In this document: in pieces, positions 23,601 to 40,278 of the stretch | How positions within the stretch are numbered: position 1 is the stretch's first letter | Layout: the number at the start of each line of letters is the position of its first letter | Source of the DNA: Azolla caroliniana | Taxonomy: Eukaryota; Plantae; Polypodiophyta | Assembly: GCA_043228905.1 (NCBI GenBank) | Contig: JBHGNT010000004.1 | Span: forward strand, 558,001 to 622,000 | DNA length: 64,000 nt | Direction of reading: 5' to 3' | The notes under the pieces: generated by a model | Database searches by the model: none | What the model was told of the DNA's origin: nothing | The model's input: the letters and a program-made list of their open reading frames with translations, nothing else | Position numbers and translations under genes: made by a program

Positions 23601-25665
23601 ACAAATGATGATTGAAAGGCACCCACTAAGTTTGGGCAAACAAAGGTGTCAACTATAAAGTGTGGTCCATGGATCATGCATGGTGAGAATCAAGTGGTTC
23701 ATACTTGTGTTGCCACTCATATTGATTTTGCAACCAATGCCGAGTGTTTCCCTACAAGCACCCTTGACAATTCATGAGAGTGTTTGATACTGGAGAGAAA
23801 ATACGTATTCATTGTCCACATGAACACATTCATTTTTGTACTTTGAGCATAGATGTAAACTTGCTTAGATACTAATTATTGTTTTTTACCACCTTGCTAG
23901 TACTTCTAGTATTGTGGTATACTCACTTGTGTGCAAGGGACCATAATCGATGACTACACTTAACACCAACCTTAGGCAGCAATGAGTTTCTTATGTGCCT
24001 TCTAAATAGCTTCTGGACTTATGTGGTATGTCAACCATCGCTCCATGAATGTTGACCCATGTGGATAGTTTTTCATTGTGGCATAGACTCAAGAGGTGGG
24101 AGCAAAGATTGGCTACTACTTGAACATACTTGAACCAACTATATGATTAGCATTGGCTACATTAATAGGCATTGTTGAAATTGATACTCTTTGGGCTAGA
24201 ACTTGATACTTCGATAGGGAATGTCATCAATTCTGTAACTTTAAGCTTAGTGACAAAGGAGGCACTCTTTTGAAACAATGATTGTAGACATAACTTGTGA
24301 TTTGATTATAGTTCTCATCTCTCTTGTTTGGTTTCCATTTATGAGTGATCCTAGGCATGAAGGTTAATCAATAATTACCTAGTGTCCTTCATGAGGTATC
24401 AAGAGGATAGGCATACATAGAAACTTTGACTCGATGACACTATCCAATAACTCTTTTCATGTGTCACACCCTATGTTTTCTTCGTCTCACTTCAATCACA
24501 CTTAACTCATACAAGACACTTGGAGAAAAACAAAGTTTATTATTACTAGGATGAAAAGTTCATTACAAAAATTTGGGAACTTATGTTCCCTAGAGTATTT
24601 AAATCCCATGCCCTGAAAACCCAAGTATTTGCCTTAAGGTTACCACGCTTTCATTCTTGATTTGCCCAAACAACGAGGAATCATGTCAACTTCTTCCCAT
24701 ATTGATGTTTGAAACATGCACATGCAAAGTTGTTATCTGGCATGTTCAGCTCCGTTTGTGTTATCATTATATAAGTTTCACTCATGATGACCAAGAGGAA
24801 GAATTGTGAACAAAAAAGTGATGGTCGACTTTGACATCACTAATATATTTACCTTCATGTTTTGGCAAGCCTTATGCAATTCTTCAACCACCATAGTATT
24901 TATATCAAGTTTATCTATTGAGGCATGGTTTATCGATGCCACAATCAACTCTTTGATTCTCATAATGGGTTGTGTTGTTGCACACATGTCCAATATGGCT
25001 TGGTGTAATGGTTGTTCAAGAAGAACTCTTCGCCAACTTCCATACCCTTTTGTGGTGATGGCCTTCAAGGTATCATTTATCTGACTCCACCCCTTATTCT
25101 TATGTTATGTACTTGTTCCCTTTTCCCTCCACACGGTGTTATAACGATGTCATGGATACATGCGAGAGGCCCGATAATATTGATCACCTCATTTCCAACG
25201 CTCCTAAACGAGCCCGACTAAAAACCAACGATTCAATCGAGTCGAGGAAGGTGGAACGAGAAATGCTGAGATCGAGCCGGATGATCCGAGCGCATGCACC
25301 ATTAATCAATATGGAGGCTTCTTTACTGCTCGGTCAAGGTACTGCCCCGACAAATCATAAGATTCCTCGGACAAATAGGAGCCCAATCAGAAATCATGTA
25401 GAGAGCCACACACACATACATAAAGGTGGAGATCATGTGTATGTATTTATATACATATATCAATATGTATGCATTGTTAGCTTTGGCCTTAAGCTATCTA
25501 CAAACTCTGATTTCTGCTTTTGATTTACTGCAGTCTCTGATGTATTTGTGTGTATATATATATATAAATTTATACACACACACGCTCAAATTTGAAGAAA
25601 GGACGAAGAAGAAGAAGAAGAAGATTGTTTAAAAACAGAGTGAAGAAACAACAATAGAGGGCTAA

Positions 25666-28542
<2,877 letters not shown>

Positions 28543-30886
28543 AGGATTGTATATCCCATAAGGTATTACGATGAATATGAGCATCATTGTACAATCCTTA
28601 ATACATAGGAGTTTACAAGTTAATATTTGGATCATTCAGTGTTCAATTTGTGGCTGAACGGTGGCATGGGTGTGTTTTTGTTTGAAAGAAACAAAATACC
28701 TATTTATATTATATTTTTAAAATTGCTCTGTAATTATTGTGTTCTTTCTGTTGTCAACATAAATTTGTGACTCTATTCGCTCAAAGTGCATTCTCTACAG
28801 TTTACGGGGCTTTTTTACATTTTCCACTCCTTTCATCTTTCTAAGTATGATGTTTTCCACACAATTTGCATTATTGTGTGAACTATGCCCGTTGTTTATG
28901 GGTTGTGTGTGACCCAAGCTTATTGTCTTTGATAGAATATTCTTTGGTGGCAGGGTTTGATGTTTTAAAGCAAGGTACAATTTTGTTCTTATTTTGTGTA
29001 AAAAATCAATTGTAATGCTTGAGTGAGTGGTGAATTATGGAGTGTGGCAAGATCATCAATGGGTGAATGTTGATAAGTGAAAGGGATTTTACTTGTTCAT
29101 AAGAACGAAAAAACTTCTTGGGTTTGAAATTAAAGAGTTAATGGATTGGGAAATACTTAATATGCAACCATGGTGTTGTGTACCTAATCTTATACCCAAA
29201 CATGTTTGCCTTTTGTCTAGTATGTCCACTTATTCCTCCATGTGCTACTTTCTCTTCTTTCCTCTTGGTTGGACCAAAGAAAGACATGACAGCACAAACT
29301 ATGCCTTGCATAGTGTTATTGCCTTTTCGAACGTAGGGATGCTTGAATTTATGGTCTTCTATGGAAGAGCATAGTAACTCTTTCCATGAGTAAATGTGTG
29401 TTTGTCATGTCACTTGTGACATGTGGGTCTTGGACTCATCTCCAATAGTGATTGCCTGAGGGTTGTGACACATTGTAGCTGAAGGAACTTTTTAGATCAT
29501 ATTGATTGATAAAGCTACAAAGTGAGGAGATCCAATTTCTTTTGCAAATTGTTGAAACATTTTTAATAAAAAAGAATCACAATAACTCAAATGGTATGCA
29601 TTACCAAGTCTTTGTTGGAATCATCTCTTTTCTTATAAACCTTAGTCTTTCCATGTAAGACTTATTCATTTGGATTTGTGAATGTGGGTAGAATTTGTGT
29701 GAATAGCTTTGGTTGATGCCCAAAATTATCATCAAGTAAAAAAATTATGTGATCATGTGACGAGCAACCTTAATTTGGTGTGTTTTTTCAAAGTTTGGTT
29801 GAGGTTTTACGAAATCTCAAAGCAAAATTTTATAATTTTAACTACATTTGATAACGTGGAATAGATACAATGTGTGCAATATGTCAATGGCACTATGCAT
29901 GCAATTTACCAAGTTCAAATGAGGAATGTTGAAATCATGATATGAAATCATTATGGTTCTTGAAAGTCCATCTGAAGTCATGATATCATTATGGTTATTG
30001 AGATTAAGTAAGTAATACACCATTTGAAATTGCATATCGTCCTATCATTAGGCAAGATACCATGACACATACTAACATACTATTGTATGTTAAGCACAAT
30101 ATCTAAAGTTGTGGTTTCAAGCCCCATTTATATCTTGGGTCAAGGTTTATATTTCTTTTGACGCTTTGAGCACAATTTTGCACGTTACTTTTCTTTTTGC
30201 AAGTTTTCACTTCATCTTTAGGCATCACAAATCACAAGTTCATAACACAATATTCTTGGTTTTATGGAGTGAAGGCATCCACTCACCAAGGTCACGTGAA
30301 GAGGATGATTGATATTGTAATAAATCACAACAATACCCATGCTCTATAATAGAGGGTGGCGTCCTTACCAAAATTAGGTGTAGAAATTAGTAAGAGAGTA
30401 TTGATGCAGACAAGCACACACATGTATACCCACCAACCTATTCGAAAGGTTGGTCAACCCCCAAAATTGCATTAATGTGCTAGTACTATACATCACAAGT
30501 ACTTAAATGTCTTCATAGCATGCATTTTTATCTTAAACTTAAGATGCATTGGTACAAATGTTTTATAGTTAAACTTGTATTGTAGTAATAATTGTGATGG
30601 CTCACAAAGATTATACCTTGGAGAAAATGCAATTAAATTTTATGGTATAACTCCAATACATGCTTAAGTTATATGTTAAATTTTGTGTACGTATTGGATG
30701 CTTAATAGAGTTATGACACTGACATGCCTCCTCGAATTATGTTTTTGAAGCCATAGAAATTATGCAGATTTAACATATTGAACAATGTGTAAGGCTTCAT
30801 AGTTCACCCTTTGACATACATTAATAAAAAAAAAACTTTATAGTTTGTATTCTTTTAAGGAACGATGTCAACATTATGGAACTATT

Positions 30887-33800
30887 TTTTTTTCCAAATA
30901 AAACATACTTCGCATTAGTTAGCTTGCAAAGTACATCAAAGACCAACAATTTTCAGCAAAACTCACTCTGATCTTCTCACCAAAGTGATCATAGTCCCCA
31001 CCCCCTCATTTACAACAAAAGTATCCCATCAACTCTTTTAACATGGTAACTAACTTGTAACACAACTATACATATTTACAGCTCTTGGTCACTAATGGAA
31101 GCCATTGGCAGAAACAACCATCTGGGTGCTTGGTAGTTCCATTTAGGCCTTGATGATGATCTGACCACCATAGGAGAATTGCCCCATTTCAGCAGAAACT
31201 TTGACCGAGCTCTTTCTGCTTCATCTTATCCCCCCTGAATCGAGTTGTACCATCCTCACAACCAAGATACCAGCTCGAACCAGATGTTTAGCAACGCCTC
31301 ACCACTTGGGAGCTTGTGTTGCTAAAAAACACACTTACAACGCATGGTCCAAATGTGTCAAACCGTTAAGCAAGCCACCATAATCCATATCTCCTCAAAA
31401 AATTCAGAGTTTGTGCCAGGTCGAACTCCAAAACAAAATCTTATTGACATGGAAGGTACAGTTACAAAATCAAGTTCAAAAGAAGAACTTTGGTTTGGTA
31501 GCCATTTATATTACACTTTTTACTTAATAACCACCTGCGAATTGATGACATCCTTGTGAGGTTGGTAGCGATCGAAGGCTAAGTACCAGCTGTATTTGCA
31601 CTCAACACATTGAAACACATTACCACCCTGCACTATAAATCCATGACCATGGGGGTTTAACTGTTCCGCCCAACCTTCCCCTGTTAACGTCAGCCCTTGT
31701 AAGGACCCCCATACAACTCTCTCATTCACACCGCATGTTGCCACAATCTTGAGACTTCCACCCCAAATGCTAATCGCCTTTGCACAATCCAAAAACAGTG
31801 AGGAATCGATTCCAAAGAGTGTCCACATATCTTGCAACCAACCTCCCCCACCACGACACATCAACCACTCCCCCACAGGTACCGCCTTATGGCTAAGAAG
31901 CCACAAACAAAGCTTTATTTTTTCTGGCATGTCGGACGTCCATAGTCTCCTCCAAAACAACTTCAACAAGTCATCAGATATGCCTTTATCCCTCAAACTA
32001 TTGTGAGTTTGAGCAACACCCATTGATTTGGAGCCAATGATTTGCCTTCCTAGCTTAGTATTGTACTCGAAAAACCTTTTCAGTTTGTTCGTTCTCAGTT
32101 TCTGCCACCATACCTCTAGTGGATCCCATTCCAAATCACATAAGGGCTTGTTGTCAAATATCCAGAGTTTACAATCAGTTTCCAGCTTCCCAGGGTCCAG
32201 GTTTACTTGCCACTTCTTACATTCCAACACTACCACCTGCACTGCCAATCACTGGCCATTGTATGTCAAAGCACTTAGGTTGCCCCACAAACGATACTCA
32301 TTAGATGGGCACCTGCCATGAATAATTTGTACATCATCTTCACCTACAAACCACCCAAACCAGGCCCCCTCTTCGTCATTCAACCTAGCTAGACCATCAA
32401 CAACCTTATCTATCAACTGGGTCACCTTTTCCAGCCTACCAGTAAACAAAGTACTACCAGCCTAACCCTCCCTCCTCTTCATTTTGAAAACCTCCCCGTC
32501 TCTTACTGAACTAACATCTAGCCCCATGACAAATATTTTTTCTGGCCAAGCATCATACCATCTTCGCTTCTAATCCTGGGGTTCCCAAACAACGGTTGTC
32601 TGAGCTATTCCTCCATCGTTTTCAGTTGCATTAAGACCAACCCTTCTCTTAAACTCAATTAGGCCCTCATGATGGTGTGGGTCACCCTGTCCTCCATGCT
32701 AGTCGGTTCTTTTAACTTTAGGCTTGGACTGAACAACCACCACTTCTTTGCCTTCCAAGGGCCGCCATTCCTCGGGCACTAGAGTTCAGCTCTATCCCTA
32801 AGAAGCAACTTCCACAATTCTAGTCCAAGTTGTAGACTTCACACCAGGAGCTTACCAAGTAAAGCCTTAGTTTGGTGAACCGGATCCACCAGCCCAAAGT
32901 CCACCCTGATTTTTCACCTTGATTAAATAACTCCACGCCACTTTAGCTGACGTTGTCTCATGGTCTCTACCCGACCAAAGGAACCCTCTCACCATTGCCT
33001 TAATGTTTTTTATGCAAGATTTGTCTAACATCCAGCATGCCAACGAGTGCCACATGGTGGCCAACAAAATGTGGTTTACCACAACCACTCTACTTGCAAG
33101 GGAAAGCTTTACTTATGCCCATAATCAAAGCTTTTTTCTGATTTTTTCTTTCACAACTATTGATTTTTCTGAATCTCAACTCCTAGGAAAAAGCCCAAAT
33201 ATTTAACAGCCATTCCATTGGGGACCCATTGAAAATTAGCATTAGGGCACCAAAGCGGCCATGGGTTTGGATTTACCCAGAGCCCTCTGCTTTTGTTCCA
33301 ATTAATTGTCCCTCTTGATGCTTTACAAAACAACTCAATCTGTCATTCGACCTGTTGTAAATTAGCGCCATTGTCTTGCATATAGAGCATAGTGTCATTT
33401 GCATACGTTGAGTCCAACAAATCCTTGCACACATGTGGGACAACTAATCCCCTTATTCCTAAATCCAGTATGTTTAAAAAGAAAGAGAATGTCTCTGAAA
33501 TAAATAAATAAAGGTAAGGGGACAACAGACACCCTTGCCTGACATACCTGCATAATGGAATTGGTGGGCCTCGATGCCCTAACACCAACACCCTACTCAA
33601 GCTTCCTTTGTAAAGGGCCAACACAATTCATCTCCATTTTGAGGGTAGACCCAACCTCTCCATGACTTTGTCTAAAAAAGGCCATTGCACTCTGTCATAT
33701 GCCTTCTCGAAATCAAGCATGAGACATGCAATATGTTGATTGGTTTTCTTTGCCAAGGCAATCCCCTCCCAAAAGGTCAACATATTATCAATTATACATC

Positions 33801-34525
33801 TATTTTCCATGAATCTTGTATGTCCAACATTAATTAGTGCATGCAAGTGGGGTTTGCCCCTCTTGGCCAAATTGAGTAACGTGATCGGTCTCCATTGCCT
33901 CACATCAGTTATTATACCATGTACCTTAGGAATTAGAAATATTAGCCCCTCTTTAAAATGCTCAGGTAAGCACCCAACATCCCATGCCTCATTTTGACTA
34001 GCAACCAACTCAACCTTAATCACTTCCCAAAAAATTTCAAATAAATACCTTGATAATCCTTCAACGCTTGGATAAGACGTTCTACATATAACCACCAAAG
34101 CATCTGACACCTCCTCTTCCAAGAGTGGCCTGGACAAATTAACTTGTGCAAAATTTTCAAAAAAATCTCTTGATAATCCGTCAAGGCCTAGACAAGACGT
34201 TCTACATATACCTGCCAAAGCATCTGACACTTCGTCTTCCAAGAGTGGCCTGGACAAATTAACTTGTGCAACCTCTAAAATTCTTTGTTGCATTCCCTCT
34301 AGTACAAGTTCTGCCAGTGAAGGTTGTTTGGGGATACTATAACTAGATGAGAGTAGCCCACTATAGTGAGTTATGATTGCCTCCATGATCTCCGATACAT
34401 CCTCCGACAGTGATTCATCCTCCTTAATCAGATTAGGATTGTAGCTACCGTTTGTTCTCGGCCTTTTATACTTAAAGAATTGTTGGTTCACCTTATCCTC
34501 GTTCGTGCTCCATCATGCTATCCTG
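30887..34525 (-). mobile_element. 5'-truncated, decayed L1/Tx1-type LINE (RT + zf-RVT)
   Basis: WRPITLLN, LDFEKAYDRVQW, VRQGCLLSPYLY, YAND(D); FWRRLW...KIKLCLW; poly(A) seen as a T run at about 30885-30893; TSD ACRTTATGGAACTATT at 30871-30886 and 34526-34541. Confidence 0.92.
34031..34271. repeat. 120-bp in-frame tandem duplication inside LINE ORF2
   Basis: TCTACATATA at 34081 and 34201; repeated peptide AQVNLSRPLLE(D/E)EVSDAL. Confidence 0.9.
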
Positions 34526-36341
34526 ACGTTATGGAACTATTAAAAGACTTGGATAGCCATTACTCTCCAATCATAAACCTTTGTTTGCCAAGAGATTACC
34601 TTTATTGGATCATAAACATTATTGAAGCAACAAAAAGGTTATGAACTATAAGATGGCAACTAGCATTCTATGATTTTACTTGGAGTCCAAGTTCATATGT
34701 ACTTCCTTTTTTTAATAAACTTCCAAAGAACTCAAAAAGGGACTTTTTATAATGATAACATGAAAATATCTACATGTTTTTTAATCTTGGTAACAGAAAA
34801 GAAATCACATCGGTCAGATTAAATAATCATAGTTTATTGGGGATTGTTTTTAAAAGCTCAATGATATTGTTTACAATCCTTGTGTTGTGGGGAAATGATA
34901 ATGTCAATGTTGCCAAACCAAAATTTTAAGGTCAAATGATTAATGTGTATGATATCAAACTAAAATAATGAGGGATTTGAATTAAGTACTAAATCATCAA
35001 ACACATTGCTTGAGACTTATCGTAATGGCAAGCTCAAGTATATACCGCCATGATTTTTTTATTTGAATGAGAATTTCCATAATATAGCCTTACATGACAC
35101 ATTTGTGAACTCATTGTTGTCCACAGTATTGTATTTGTCAAATAGTTATGATGAGAGACTTCCTTCCCATTTAATAAAAAATCCAATGGCACAGTTGTAC
35201 ATTGTGTGGGTAAATTGTTGACAGATTATCTCCTCGCTGATTATAAAAGAGACAGTCTTTTACAAATGAGTAGATATGACATAAATCAACATTTAGTTTT
35301 TGGTTCGTAAATATATTGGTGTTTGACTGGTGACATGAAAGTGAAACACATTTCTAACTATGTGACAAAATTATGACAAGCACACTAGATCAAGTTACAC
35401 AATATTCTCTTTTAGCATTATAATTCATTGGACGTGCATATTCAATGCTTTCAAATCTATAAATCTCATTTTAGCATTGAATATCATGTTCTAGTTTCTC
35501 CTCTTATCATCTCTTTTACAGCTACCATAAACCAATATATACTCCTTACAATAGCCAACCCTTCTCTTTATGGAGCCCAAATTGTGCTCAAACACATTTT
35601 AACAATAGTTTAAAAAATCGCCCCCATAAAATCATGTTATGCAATATTTATTTATCTAATCTGCCATGATTTGGTAAATACATCTTGCATACCATGATTA
35701 TATGGGGACACAAATTTTAACTATTGTTAAAATGTGGATGAAGGTGGGGGATCCAAACAACAATACATTTGCTTGTGCTTAAGAATTTTATATGTAGTGC
35801 TCTAAAAGGAAACTTTTTTTTAGGTGCAACTATAGTTTAATAAGAAGAGAAAAAGGGCAAAATGCTTATAACTTCTATAATTGTAGATCATTTCATGATC
35901 AACAAGACAATGCTTCCTAAGGCTTGATGTAATTCGACATTCTCTTTATATGGCATGTAAGAAAAGAGTGTGCCATACACACAAAAAATATTTTGTTACC
36001 ACACAAACCTCGTGGTAAACACTTGACCATATAATTTGGCTATTAATCGACCAAGTTTAGTGTTATGCAAGAGACAAATTGAATTGTGTTCAATCTAGAC
36101 TTCCAATATCATGTTCGTCAAGTTCCAGGAAATGAGTATATGTGGATTTTTTATTGGGAAAACATCAAAAGTACTCTTTGTACATGGGGCGATATCAAGC
36201 TTGTCCCCTTGAGAATTAGTATTATCAATATATATGCTCATCACTCAAAGCTTCTCATGACTTATTTTTTATGAATATGGTTATTTATGAGATAAATAAT
36301 TTCATTAGTATTTTATTATGAAAAGTTACATAACGAATACA

Positions 36342-36412
36342 AGTGTACCAATTATGTACCCTATATTTCTATGGTAGAGTGTACCAATTATGTACCCTAT
36401 ATTTCTATGGTA
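36342..36412. repeat. 36-bp perfect tandem duplication
   Basis: AGTGTACCAATTATGTACCCTATATTTCTATGGTAG twice. Confidence 0.9.
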
Positions 36413-38587
36413 GTGTGGCAATCCAATGTTATGTAGATGCTTGGTAATTTCTCAACAAGAAATTGGGGACCCTTTGAACTTTGAATTTATCCTTAATTCT
36501 ACTTTATGTTGCATCTAGAAGTTTAATGTGTTTTGATATCCAAAAAGGGAGAGAATTATCAGAATTTATTGAAAACTTGGTAATGTTTGTAGCCCAAGCA
36601 CTAACTATGTGTGTCAATAATTAACTTTACTGCAACTTTATTGTGGTAGGTCATAACATATTGTTCTTCTCAAGCAACCCAATGCCTAAGAAGGCATCCA
36701 CACAAATGTTATTTTTGAGGGGAAACTTCCCAACTATATGGATGATGCCCATGTTCATGGTGTGCACATTAATGATGCCCAGGACAATATCTTTGTTTCA
36801 ATGAATATTTCTTCTACACAACTACATCAATTATTATGTGTTTTGTAGCCCACGGTTCAAATATATGATGTCTCTGTTTATATTGAAGGTTATGAGTTAA
36901 AAAGAACGAATTAGCATTCAACATTTTGAAAGTTTATGACTTTCCCTTTGAAGAAAAGCATATGTACATCTTTTCATATATGTTTTACATATCACTTTCA
37001 ACTTTAGAGCAACTTACTACAATCATATTATAGTTAGATTCACAAATAAAAATGAAAGCATGACACTAGGCAAATACTTTTCTTCTTGATTTGACTACAT
37101 AATGAAATCATACACTTTCTTGAATAATGTTGCAATAAACAAAAAGAAAGCAGGCAAACAATGTGTTTTCAAGTGAAAGGAAGATACTTTACGTGGACAA
37201 GGCTATTATCATTAAAGGATAGATTATTTGAATTTGCATAAAGATTTCTCCAAATCCTCATAATTCTAGTATAGAAGTGTGAGGAATTAGTAAATCTATG
37301 TTATGTATAACCTTAATCTCAATCTCTCTTGCTTTATCCAAGGTAGAACGTGAACATTCTCTCCCAGTAGGTGAAAAGCTACACAAGAGAAGTAATGACT
37401 TCCATCATATAGCTTATGTAGAGGCACCTTGGTTTTTATTTTAGTCACATGCTATTTGAAGAAGGCATATTGTTGTTTCATTCTTATTCTCTTCCTGACT
37501 TGTGTTCATTACCACACTTTATCATGAATGGATCTATCCCTAATACTTATAAAACATATGAACGTCAAGATATCCAAAGGAAAGAAGCCATTGTCTCTTG
37601 TTAACAATACTCCCTCTTCTGACCTAACAAGTTAGGATTACATGTTCATCAATGTGCTTTAAACATTCTCAACGTTTATTCTTTGAATAACATTTCTGTA
37701 CTTGATTGTTTATAGATTCAATAAATTGTATGCATGGGTTCTTTTGTTTGTGGTATCATTGGGTAAGAACGTTGAGACATTATCAAGACATGAACTCGTG
37801 GTCCACGGGGGAGCTTGAATGTGAGCACATCATCATCATGACTGATAGCCAATAAATAAAACACGAAAACTGTGAGCATGGCCCACTAAAAATAAAAGAA
37901 GGGTCATCAAGAAACCTACGAGAGTGCCATTTGTTAAGAGAGATTATACGACACTCTCTTACACATGAACACATCCAAAATGACGGATAATCTAACAATA
38001 GTAGGGGCAATAGAGGAACCTATCAAAATGCATGCACGAGGGGAGTCAAGAAAAGTCTCTCAAACAATGGGAGTGAAGCCGAATGAACGAGTACACACGT
38101 TCATAACAAACAAACAAACAAAGGGGGGGGGGGTCGTAGTGAGTTAGGTGGGAATCATGTGAAGCCATAGATGGAGGAGGTTTGGGACGAAGAAAAGTCA
38201 TTTTTCTTTCCGGTATTGATTGTGTTTGATCCCACCTGAAAAATGGAGGGATCCTAGGGTGGAGCGATTGTAAAGACATTTCACGAGACATGGACGAACG
38301 GACAAAGGGAAGTTGGGGTGGACAATTGGGGTGTGTGTGTTTGTTGGGAGGCCGACCAGTTCATGTGGCCAATAGAGTGACGGAACCTATCGGGTGATGG
38401 GACATGCCAAGTGAGGCAGAAGGAATCTAGAGGCATCATGGATCATCCGGGGCTATTTATTGTTCCATTTTAATTAGTTAATTAATTTGTTTTTTTTGTT
38501 GCTTTTTGAATGAAGCTTTTCTAGGGTTTTGGGGGGGGGGGGGGGGGGGAGTTGGGGGGACAAAAATCTGGACAAAGAAAAGCTTGG

Positions 38588-38632
38588 GTGCCACGTCTGC
38601 AGACGACCGTGCGAATGTGGATGCCACGTCGG
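38588..38632. promoter_or_regulatory. Two GCCACGTC (ACGTGGC, ABRE/G-box-like bZIP) sites upstream of GAUT
   Basis: TGCCACGTC occurs twice, about 33 bp apart, ~500 bp upstream of the GAUT first exon. Confidence 0.4.
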
Positions 38633-38679
38633 ATGACGGACCTCCCCTCCATTATCTCCTCCAAAGCATAATAAATTGA

Positions 38680-39020
38680 AAAAATAAAATAAAAAAGACA
38701 AAAGGAAAAAAGGAAAAAGAAAAAAGGAAAAAAAGGAAAAAAAGGAAAAAAGAAAAAGGAAAAAAGAAAAAAGAAAAAAGGAAAAAAAGGAAAAAAAAGA
38801 AAAAAGGAAAAAAAGGGAAAAATGAAAAATGAAAAATGAAAAATGAAAAATGAAAAAAGGAAAAAGGAAAAAGGAAAAAGAAAAAAGAAAAAAGAAAAAA
38901 GAAAAAAAGAAAAAGAAAAAACGAAAAAGAAAAAACGAAAAAAAATGAAAAAATGAAAAAAGAAAAAAGAAAAAATGAAAAAAAGGAAAAAGAAAAAAGA
39001 AAAAAGGAAAAAAGAAGAAA
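38680..39020 (+). repeat. ~340-bp A-rich purine low-complexity tract, (G)GAAAAA / TGAAAAA units
   Basis: Directly visible. Confidence 0.95.
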
Positions 39021-39329
39021 TATTTATTTATTTATTTTTCCGAAAAAAGGAAAAAATATTTATTTATGTACTCTGAATATTTCCTCGGAGAGGGAGAGAG
39101 AGAGAGAGAGCTATGGTGAGCTCAGCTCACACTCTGTTCTTCTTCTTCTTCTCCTTCTGTTGGTCCTGCTGAAGAACCCCCCCCCAACTCATCCTCTCTT
39201 TCTTCCCCACTGCTCTCTTAACTATTCCATCTCTCGATCTTTACAAATTCAAGCTCTGAAAGGTAAGAATCCCTCTTCCCCCCCTTCTCTCTCTCTCTGC
39301 CTGCCTGTCTATATCTTCTTTACGTTTTC

Positions 39330-40200
39330 TTAGAATTAGGGTTTTCTTCTTCTTTCTGTTGTCCAAACGCGCTTCCTAAACAGCAACATGACTCAGCATT
39401 GCGTTAAAGAAATTGTTTTCTTTTGGAAAAAAACAGGGTTAAGACATAGGAATTACGGCTGCTCTAAAGAGTATGCCGTAAAGAAAAGACTCCAACGTTA
39501 TGTTGAATCAACGTCCTCAAGAATGTGGTAAAGAAAAGAGACAGAAATTAGATTTTCTTAAGAGCGAGGTAAAGAAAAAAATACTCAGAAATTAGGATTT
39601 GTATAAAAAGAGACAGACATTAGAGTTTCGAACAGTGGGTTAAAGAAAATAATCGGGCATTGGGTTCCTAAGGCAGTAGTAAAGAGAATATTGAGCATTG
39701 GATTCTAAAATCTGAAACATTATGGTTTCTAAATGCTGTAAAAAAAAGGTTAACTATTCTTGTAACTGATGACTTAGAGTTCTTAAGAGTGGGGTAAAGA
39801 GAGAAGGAACATTGCTATGAATTAGGTCTGTTAAGAGTACGTTAAAGCATGACCCAGAAATTAGGGCTCTTAAAAGTGGGTTAAGAATATATTTAACATG
39901 AAGTTGTATTAGTTTTTCAAAGTGTGGCAAAGGACTAAGCATTGTTGTAAATTAGGGTTTCTTCAGACTGGGGGAAAATGTACAGAAATTATGGTCCGTA
40001 AGAGTGTGGTAAAGAAAAGACACAGAATTGGCTTGACTTAGGGTTCTTGGATGTGTAGTAAAGAACCCCAATTCAATCAAACGCAGAGTCCTATTTTAAT
40101 CCCCTCTTTAATAACTCTAATTCAACCCAATGCTGGGTTCTTTTTTTGAAACACACTTTTAAGAGTCCATATTTCTGTGTCTCATCTTTACGACACATCC
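39330..40200. repeat. Degenerate ~40-bp minisatellite in GAUT 5'-UTR intron with inverted copy
   Basis: Units like ACAGAAATTAGGGTTCTTAAGAGTGTGGTAAAGAAAAGAG; inverted copy at about 40150-40200. Confidence 0.7.
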
Positions 40201-40278
40201 TATTTTAACTACCATCAAGAATTGTGATAGATCAGAGATTTTTTTTCTCTTTCTAAAATCAGAGTGTGTAACAGAGAT

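Noticed and set aside
23900-25070. Possible decayed gag and LTR remnant
   Set aside because: Only vague similarity; no termini or motifs I can support
34600-38000. Short ORFs in AT-rich intergenic DNA
   Set aside because: No recognisable domains or splice-consistent structure
38953-39333. Lys/Glu-rich 126-aa ORF
   Set aside because: Translation of the A-rich tract and CT-rich 5' UTR
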